Notes under the pieces: model-generated
What the model was told of the DNA's origin: nothing
The model's database searches: none
Seen by the model: only the letters and a program-made list of their open reading frames with translations
Assembly (NCBI GenBank): GCA_937625935.1
Contig: OW569360.1
Location: 434,001 to 498,000, forward strand
Reading direction: 5' to 3'
Length of the DNA: 64,000 bases
Source: Tetramitus jugosus
Taxonomy: Eukaryota > Protista > Heterolobosea
In this document: in pieces, positions 55,901 to 64,000 of the stretch
How positions within the stretch are numbered: the stretch's first letter is position 1
Layout of the letters: the number at the start of each line of letters is the position of its first letter
Position numbers and translations under genes: made by a program

Positions 55901-57389
55901 TGATGCAAGCACTGGTAGCGAAATGACAACCCTCTTCTCCTTTGCTGCTACTCAATGGACTGACGCTGATCTCCCATTGAGCTACTCATGGACTGCCACT
56001 GACGCCAACAATGTCAAGTTGTTCACCACTTCTGCTTCTGCCCAAAATTCATTGAGCACTCTGTTGCCAGCAGGTACCATCACCTTGACTGTCACTGTAA
56101 CTGATAGCTTGGGTGCCTCATCAACTGCAACCACATCGGTCACTGTTACTGCTGCTTCCCAGACTGGCGCTGCCCTTATTTCTCTTCTCGATTCAACTTT
56201 GGACAATTTGTTCTTTGATGTCAACAGCGGTGGTGTGTCCAGTGCAAGAAACTTGTTGGTTCTCAGTGATATCATCATGAGCAAGCTTGCTTCCTTGAAT
56301 TCTGCAAGGAGATCAATCACTGATGCAGCATCATTGGTGGATAGACTTGTTGGATTGGTCAGCAGTACTTATGCAGGTATTGGTTCAGCCGAAGTTGATA
56401 CGACACTCTATGAGCAAATCTCAACCAGTGTTTACAATTTTGCTACTTATCAGACAGTCTCCACAAATGCACAGGGTACTCTATTCACATTGTCCAAGGA
56501 TTTGATCAGCAGATCAAATACTCAAAATGTAAACTTTGCTCAACTGATGAGTACCTTGGTCGGTGCCTTGAATGCTCTGGCTAACAAAGACAATGCCAAA
56601 TTGAAGCAACTGCCAGACATTATCGCAAATTTGCAGGTCTTGATTGGTAGAGGAATTAATGGCTACGGTGAACAAGAGTTTTCTAGTGATGACTTAAACA
56701 TGCTCGTTGGTAGATACTACACTGGAAGCATTGATTCAGCCATTTCCATTCCGCTTGGTGATGACTCCCAAATTACAGTTCAATTGACTAGCGATGGAAA
56801 GAACTTGCTTGTTAGCCAAACTTCTGGTGGTGATGCATGGTTCTATTCTCACATTTACAACTATACTCAATTGGTTGAAAGCGGTGCTATTACATCAGAC
56901 AATACTGAAAACTCTAATGTTGTGAGTCCTGTAATCACCGTCGAAGTCGTTCCAGGCAGCTATGACGCAAATGCACTGTCATCCTTCGATGACAAGACAT
57001 TCTTTACCATGGTTATCCCTGCCTCAACAGCAACTAACTCCATCGTGGAGTGCAAGTATTTGAGTGGAACTGGATGGAGCACTGAGGGATGTACTGTGTC
57101 TGCTCGAACAGCCTCCACCGTCACATGCTCATGTACTCACATGAGCCAGTTCATGGTTACCGAACAACCTGTTCGTGTGAACAAGAAGTCATCGAACGCT
57201 GTTGCTGTTGGAGTTGGTATTGGTGTTGGTTTGGGTATTCCTCTCTTGCTCATTGTACTATTGGTTGTAGTTGTAGTTGTTGCACTTTTGATTTACTTGT
57301 TGAGAACAAGATCAAACAAGTTTACAAACAGAAAGGAGTTGACTGATCTCGAACTTCAAAATGTCATGTATCGTGACGATCATATCTAA
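52904..57389 (+). CDS. Cell-surface receptor-like protein: signal peptide, RCC1-like repeats, ~5 EGF repeats, REJ/PKD module, GAIN/GPS, single TM; intron 52980-53223
   Basis: AAGNAHACAI..VVCWG repeats; CSGHGxC EGFs; LDASGSYDPD, NTPPSSG, WTDADLPLSY (REJ); WSTEGC..CSCTHMSQF (GPS); TM near the C-terminus. Confidence 0.9.
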
Positions 57390-57443
57390 TAAGAATCAAA
57401 ACAAATAAAGTTTAACATAATATAATATTCAACAAGGCAGATT

Positions 57444-60400
57444 TTATTTGGATCTTGATTTTTGGTCACCGAATAGAATTTGTTGCAGCAAAGAGTCCCA
57501 ATCGCACTTTTTACAGCCTTTGGGAGCTGTACTCAGCGTTTTTTCTTCAGCTTTTTCAGAGTCGAATACAACGAAGTCTGCTGCACTGATGACGTCCACT
57601 TCATTTGCTTGACCAACCTGGAACAATAAGGACTTAAGATGTTTGTACTTGAATTTTGGTGCTTTGTCATTCAGGTCCTTGAATCTCTTTGTTACAAAAA
57701 CGTTCTTGTTCTTGAATGGTCGATCAAACTTTGGATAAATGGTATAGCTGTCCTCTGCTAAGAACTTGCCTTCCTTCTCTGAATCAAGCAACCAATTATG
57801 CGATAAGACAAAGGTGCTTGTGAGACATGCTCCTAGAATCTTAATTGTTCTAATTCCCTGTGGTGCTATTACGTGAGTAATAGCTGGATCAAAGTGGTCT
57901 AAATTTCCGCTAGAGTCAAAGCAAACACCACCTAGACGTTCCACAATCTCTTCGTACTTCTTCTTGTCAGATAACGAGTAACCAGGAGTGGGTTTAGATT
58001 CTTCAGGTTTGAATCCACTGAAGGAAACAATAGGTTGTTGTTTCTGTTTTTTGGCTCGTTTTGATCTTCTGGTAAGTCCATCATCACTCTCATCTGGGTT
58101 TGACACACTAGTGCTTTCTGGTTCTTCTGAATCTTTTGATTCTGAATCCTGTTGAGTTGCAGCTCGAGTTCTCTTTTTGGGAGTACTTGCTGATGATGAT
58201 GGAGCCTTTTGGGATGCTCTTTTTCGAGAGGGACTGTACACTATCTTTGAGCTCTGTGAAGGTAATTGCACTTGAGTATCAGAGTCTGGTACTTCTTCCT
58301 CCTCAGTTTTCGTAATCACAGGAGAGCTTCTTTCTTCTTCTCCTTTTTTGCGACGAGTGCCTCCTTCGTGCGCCTCGTCTGCTTGGGCGTTTTTACGTTT
58401 CTTTTCCTCTGTCTTCGAAAGTTTCTTTTTTAGTTCACCAATTTCTTCTTTGATTGTATTCATCTCGGCAGTACTTGCACGAATTTGTTCTTCTAATTCT
58501 TGCACGTGTATCTTGTGTTTTCTTTTCTCGTCTTGAGCAGTATTAAGCTCATCATTGAGAACTTTCTCATCCTCCGTTTTTTGGTCAATCTCAGCAGATA
58601 AGTGGGCAATCTCTCTCTCCTGTTCCTCGCACTTTGCTTCGAGTTCTTTAAGTTTTTTTTCTTGGTTCTTCAATCTTGATAGCTCGTCTTGCGTCGAAGA
58701 GAACTGTTGCTCCAATTGTTCAAACTTCTGTTGGTACTTGTTCGATCTTTCCTTCTCTTCCTCTATCCTATCTTCTAATTTCATCATCTCTCTTTCTAAA
58801 TTAACGATCGATGCAGAGAGCTCTTTCTTTTCCTTATTGGCACTTTCGAGCAATTGTTTGAATGAATCAGCTTGATCTCTCTCGACTATGATTGCGTCCT
58901 TTAATGATGCTATCTCTTCTTCCAACTGAGCAACATTAGTCGTTTTTCTATCCAACTGTTCATCAGAATGTGTAAGCTTTAACTCTAACTCATCAATAGT
59001 GCGTTGAGCCAGTTTCAACTCCTTTCCTTTGCTCTCCAATTCAGTTCGTAGCAAAGATCCTTCTTCGCGTAGTTTTTCGACTTGTGTCTTGTTGGACTCA
59101 ATCTCCTTATTCTTGGTGTCAACTCTGTCAGCAAGTTCTTTCTCAAGATCGGATATTCTTTCTGTTGCCTTAGATAATAACTCTTCTGCTCGTTGTGTAG
59201 AAGTACGATATTCTTCGAGTCTTAACTCAAGCTCGTCTCTCTGTTTGCTGTGTTCCAATACCTTATTCTCTAATTGCGATTGAGTTTGCAGAGCATTTTG
59301 TAACTGATCTCTTTCAGCTTCCAACTGACCTAATTGTTCCAACAAATCTTTGGATGTCTTAGCACTTTCTGTCTTTGCAATCTCCAATCTCTCCTCTAGT
59401 TGCTCCCTTTGTTCTTGTAACTTCAATTTTTGCTCTGTTTCCTGTTTGAAGCTTGTTTTCATTTGTTCGATTTCCGAACAGTATCTCTTATTGGATTCTT
59501 GTAGCTCATCAACTTGTTTCTGATAAGTGTCGATATGAGAGATTTTTTCCTTTAGTTTATCGTTCAAGGTGTTCCGCTCAAGTGCAGCACTCTCTTGCTC
59601 TTTTGCGAGCGTTTGTTTAATCTCACTCAGCTGTGTTTCCAAAGTACCAATAGCTGACTCGTGATCAATAGAGTTTGACAATTGAGTTCGCAACTGTTTT
59701 ACTAGCTCAGAAGAGTCAGTCAACTCCTTCTGTAACAAGTTTGATTCCGCTTGAAGTTCCAATATTCGCTTTTCATATTCCTCGCGCTCCAAATTATTCT
59801 CAGCAGCGTTCTGCTCTTTTGATTGATCCATCTGATGTTTCAGCACTTGAATCTCATTGTCCTTGTCCTCGTTTTTCTTGATAAATTGAGAAACGGTATC
59901 CTGCAATTGACGCACCTCCTGTTGCAGTGTCTCTTTTTCTGTTTCGTGCCTTTTGTTTTCTTCTTCTTGTTTCTGTTGCAAATCTCGTATTTGTTGGTTC
60001 AATTGTTCCATTTTGAGCAAAGAATCACTACCACCATTTTCATCCTTTTGATTATTCTTATTGTCATGATAATGACCACCATGTGATAGAGAAACAACAA
60101 TTCGATCTTGATCAATGTGATCGACATAATTCGAATCAACACTCTCTCTTCTCCTCTTTTTCAATGGTGGTGGTGAAGATTGTTCTTCAACATTACTTGT
60201 ACGATCGATATTAATATTGTTGTCATCATCCCTGGTGGCCTTACTTTGGTCATTGTTATCAACAACTTCTGTTGTACTAGTTGTAGAAGTGGGAATGGCA
60301 GCCGCTTGGAACGAATACTTGAAAAATATCTCATTAAACTTGCAATCTATAATACATGAACAAATAAAAAAATTGTTGTTGTCAATCATAGGTCCATGCA

Positions 60401-60594
60401 TGTTTTTTGTTTTGGAATATGGATGAGTGAGCAGTAGTAGTTTGTTGCATACCTGCAATTTTACAATTCATGCGATTCATTTGTCTGTGACATGAAACAA
60501 TCTCATCTTCTTGTTCTTTTATTCGTCGTTTGAATTGTTGAATTTGTCTTCTGAGGAGAAGTTCAGTTGTGGAATTGGATGATGATCGAGCCAT
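57444..60594 (-). CDS. Long coiled-coil protein with C-terminal tandem BRCT; one intron near 60452
   Basis: Heptad-rich middle; VSFSGF...ERLGG...THVIA..RTIKILGA...WLLDS (BRCT); first exon MARSSSNS. Confidence 0.85.
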
Positions 60595-60838
60595 TGTGGT
60601 ATGTACAAATGAAAGTGGGTAATGTGAATAATAAATAACTACACTCGTCGGACTACTAATGTTCAAACTCTTCTCTTGTTGTTGATGTAGTTTTTGTGAG
60701 TTATGAGATCGAAAAATCGAGGAGCCTCGATTCTGCCACAGAATTCGAGTATCGCTTCCCGCAATTTCTGGAAGTGGCGCAAAATTATTTTTCCGACGAT
60801 CAAACAAGCAAACCGAGTGAAAATAAAAGTTTAGAGCA

Positions 60839-61508
60839 ATGGGCAGGCGTAAGACCAGAAAAGCACCTCCAAAGAAGATGGCCGAAAAGATGGACACAAC
60901 ATTTGATTGTCCATTTTGTAATCATGAGAAGAGTGTTGAAGCAAAAATGTACATCTTTTGTTTTTCTGTTGATTTTTTGCTTTGATGTGTGTTTTGTTGT
61001 TGGAAAGTAGTCAACTGACACACGAGATGGATAATATAGGGATAAGAAAAAGAATGTCGGAGTTGTAAGGTGTAGAGTTTGTGGTGCTGATTATCAGACT
61101 AGAATCAATTGTATGTGTGACTTTTATGAAACAACTTGGTGTGAATTTCTTCACTTTGCTTCCATGTTTTTTCTGGCTCATCTCTCCGTATTGAACGAGA
61201 AAAAAACTAATATCTTTGATCTGTATTTGATTTTATGTACACATCATAATAATTATGATGATGATGATGATGACAAAATTGATGATGATAATGTGAAATC
61301 TTCAGACTTGTCAGATCCAATTGATGTATATAGCGAATGGATTGATGAATGTCAGAGAATTAATCAAACAAATGATGATGATGACGAGGAAGGTGGTCAG
61401 AACGCAGATAAAGGAGGTGATCAATATGGAAATGATTATCAAGAGGATGATGATGATGATGATGACGCAGATAGATATGCATCTGACGAAGAACAGACAT
61501 TTTCATAA
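60839..61508 (+). CDS. ELOF1: Transcription elongation factor Elf1/ELOF1, 2 introns
   Basis: MGRRKT...[12 protein letters not shown]|..CRVCG..YQT.IN|.[15 protein letters not shown]; acidic tail. Confidence 0.95.
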
Positions 61509-61747
61509 CGTGTATAGACCAAATATCCTGTTTTTTTAAAGTATACATTGCACTCAGAGTGCAACCTGTAGTAAAGAACACATTCCCGAATTGTAATCGA
61601 AACATTTTCGGGTTGACTCCTTATTTCCCCCTGTGTCTGTTATTCGGACAAGAAATGAGTCCATAGTTGACCTAGATTGATGATCTATCGTCTCCTAAGA
61701 TTTGATGTTGTTCGTTCCCATGGCAAGTAACTTGTGTTCTGCCATCA

Positions 61748-62254
61748 TTATTGAGTAAGTTCTCCACCAGAGAAATCTGATTGTGCAACTAAAAACTCTT
61801 CAATCATACTCTGGATGGGTCTCGCGTCCTCTCTAGGAATCTTCCGACATATTTCGATCCATGAATTTAACCATAGGTTCAGAGCTAGTCTCCTGTCATC
61901 TATCTTCACAGGATTCTTATTCCCAAAGAGCATTTTCCGAGGGAAGGAGGGAAGTGTACGTATGCCGTTGGTTCTGAGTATTGTTCGGAATCTGCTTATC
62001 AGAACTCCATTCATCTTGTAACATTCGTTAAATCTCTTCCTTACTTTCCATTTAGAATCTCCACCGGAGCACTCCATGTGATAACACACGTACTCCTTAT
62101 CCTTCTTGTCTCTTTCAATAGTATAGTATTCTATTTCGACCTTTGTAACACGATCTCTGTTATTAAGATCTAAAGAGAAATATGAATTTTTGGTCTCCTG
62201 AACATTTACTATGTCACAATCACTCCTTTCCTTGTCTCTAGTTGATTCAAGCAT
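61748..62254 (-). CDS. PX-domain protein
   Basis: WKVRKRFNE...LPSFPRKMLFG..IDDRRLALNLWL. Confidence 0.88.
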   Translation of the reverse strand: MLESTRDKERSDCDIVNVQETKNSYFSLDLNNRDRVTKVEIEYYTIERDKKDKEYVCYHMECSGGDSKWKVRKRFNECYKMNGVLISRFRTILRTNGIRTLPSFPRKMLFGNKNPVKIDDRRLALNLWLNSWIEICRKIPREDARPIQSMIEEFLVAQSDFSGGELTQ

Positions 62255-62539
62255 TACTGTAGTTCGTTTTGTGGGCGACTTTTTGTCCGAAAATTATATT
62301 GTCTGGCGGAAATATCACCCGACCTGGTGCTCAAACAGTTCATTGTTGTGTTAAACTATCACTCTCTTTTTTCTGACCAGATCTTATTAACGAGCAGTTG
62401 GAATGAATACAAAGGCAATGCTGGTCGGAATGATTGAACCTTCAGTCAACTCTTTTTTTCGGCGGGTAATTTTCGTTTTCCCTACAAAGAAAAAAATCGC
62501 AACAACAAAGCATCACCCATTACCCACCCATCAACAAAA

Positions 62540-62743
62540 ATGATTAGAGGAAGAGTCCACAAGCACATCTCTCCATTCCAACAAAGAGTCTTCGCTGGTT
62601 TTACCAAGGGTCTCCCACAAAGAATTTGGTTGAAGACCAGCAGATTTATTGCCGATGCTGGTCCAGCTTTCCTTCTCTACGCTGGTCTCTACACCTGGGC
62701 AAAGGAAACCAGACATCATGAAGAACTCCATGAAAGAGATTAA
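62540..62743 (+). CDS. QCR8: Cytochrome b-c1 complex subunit 8
   Basis: ISPFQQRVF, single TM PAFLLYAGLYTWA, 67 aa. Confidence 0.85.
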   Translation: MIRGRVHKHISPFQQRVFAGFTKGLPQRIWLKTSRFIADAGPAFLLYAGLYTWAKETRHHEELHERD

Positions 62744-63031
62744 ATATTTTTCCAAATCTAATATTTGCTTGGAATGGGATCGTGCTTTTTTCGATATTAA
62801 TATTTGATACAATGCATGTGTCAGGTAGGAGCAGCGCAAAGAAGCACAACCCACATTGCAACTGTGCATGCCTGAGGGAGATTATTATTTGTGAAAATGG
62901 AACATCACATGGATGATGTTGTACAAACACACGCAACTGTTATTACACCAATAAAAAAAACCAATTAATGTTCAGGAACTTCTTTTGACCTAAAGCAGGT
63001 TTTTGACCTAAAAATTCGATCCGTGGATTGT

Positions 63032-63904
63032 TTATTGTGTTTGTCTTCTGTGCATTTTGTTCTCCCTGTGAAGATTGTTGAGTATGGAGTTCATGTTCTT
63101 ATACATCTCCATCTGTTTGCGTTGCTCTTGCTGTTCAAGCTCTGCCAATTTCTGCATCTCCAAATATTGTTGAGTGTGCATCTGCTGTAATTGGAACTGT
63201 TTTCGTTTTACATAATTCTCATGTTGTATTTGAGGATTGTCTACGTGAGATGAGAATGATGGTGATGCATGACACACAAAATTCTGAATTCCATTGTTGT
63301 ATTGTTGCTGCTGCACATGATGATGATGAGTATGATTTGATGATGATGATGGATAATTATGGATGCCAGATGATGATGAAGAGTCCTTGAGACAAATCGT
63401 AAAACCTAGTTTGTTGTCAGTGTTGTTTCTTGATGTTGTTGTTGCAGGTGGATGACTGAATGATGAGGAGGAAAAGAGTGATGATTGATGTTGTTGTTGT
63501 TGTTGTGAAAATGGATCATTTGCATGGATGCGCATTCTCTTGACTCCTTGAATAATGACCGCTCTGTTACTATTGGTGTTTGATGATGATGATTCACTAC
63601 TCGAATAACCATCATGACAATGATCACTGTCATCATCATTGTTATCGATATCATCATCATCATCACTCATTGATGATGTCATCATTTCTTGTCTATTTCT
63701 CTTCCTAGCACCGCTATGGTCATTGTAGTTGATATGATGCATCTTTGGTGTTGTTGTTGTATTCGGGTGATGATGATGGTATGTTGTTGGATGAGAATAT
63801 TGTTGTGAGAAGGGATGGTTGCTATAGGGAGATGGATGAGGTGTGGTAACAACAACAGGAGAGGAGTGGATATGGGTGGTATAGGGATAGAAGTTGTTGT
63901 ACAT
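63032..63904 (-). CDS. Low-complexity nuclear protein with FAM104/VCF-like C-terminal helix
   Basis: NLS-like RKRNR and KRMR; C-terminal YKNMNSILNNLHRE resembles YxxINxxLxxxH. Confidence 0.55.
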   Translation of the reverse strand: MYNNFYPYTTHIHSSPVVVTTPHPSPYSNHPFSQQYSHPTTYHHHHPNTTTTPKMHHINYNDHSGARKRNRQEMMTSSMSDDDDDIDNNDDDSDHCHDGYSSSESSSSNTNSNRAVIIQGVKRMRIHANDPFSQQQQQHQSSLFSSSSFSHPPATTTSRNNTDNKLGFTICLKDSSSSSGIHNYPSSSSNHTHHHHVQQQQYNNGIQNFVCHASPSFSSHVDNPQIQHENYVKRKQFQLQQMHTQQYLEMQKLAELEQQEQRKQMEMYKNMNSILNNLHRENKMHRRQTQ

Positions 63905-64000
63905 TTGTTTGATGTTCGTTGGTTTTTGGCTGATTGGGTTAGTTTTTTTTAGAACTTCCATAAATTTCTTGAGCAGTTTTCAGCAGAAGATGTCATAGCA

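Overview
This is a gene-dense eukaryotic (protist) window using the standard genetic code, with short GT-AG introns that carry CTAAC-type branch points. Naegleria-style EGF repeats and low-complexity N/Q/T tracts suggest a heterolobosean or similar amoeboflagellate (inference). About 30 host genes are recognisable, including RasGEF, WDR26, adenylate kinase, MCRS1, a meiotic SHOC1-like gene, TM2D, TMEM151, serine racemase, an ELO elongase, PTB/hnRNP-L, ALG9, ATP synthase epsilon, an M1 aminopeptidase, an RCC1-EGF-REJ-GPS receptor, ELOF1 and QCR8. The host genes are interrupted by an ~8-kb mobile-element island (~20040-28250). The island contains two identical tRNA-Ile(AAT) genes in direct repeat, each preceded by the same 59-bp hairpin/T-tract block. 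Between the tRNAs lie a piggyBac relic, a ~3.8-kb RAG1/Transib-like DDE transposase gene with the RAG1-core motifs in the expected order (lesions confined to one ~300-bp patch), and a degenerate RRM/zinc-knuckle ORF pointing away from the second tRNA. A 190-bp MITE with 19-bp TIRs and a 3-bp TSD lies to the left. All family assignments were made by eye from remembered motifs; no database searches were run.
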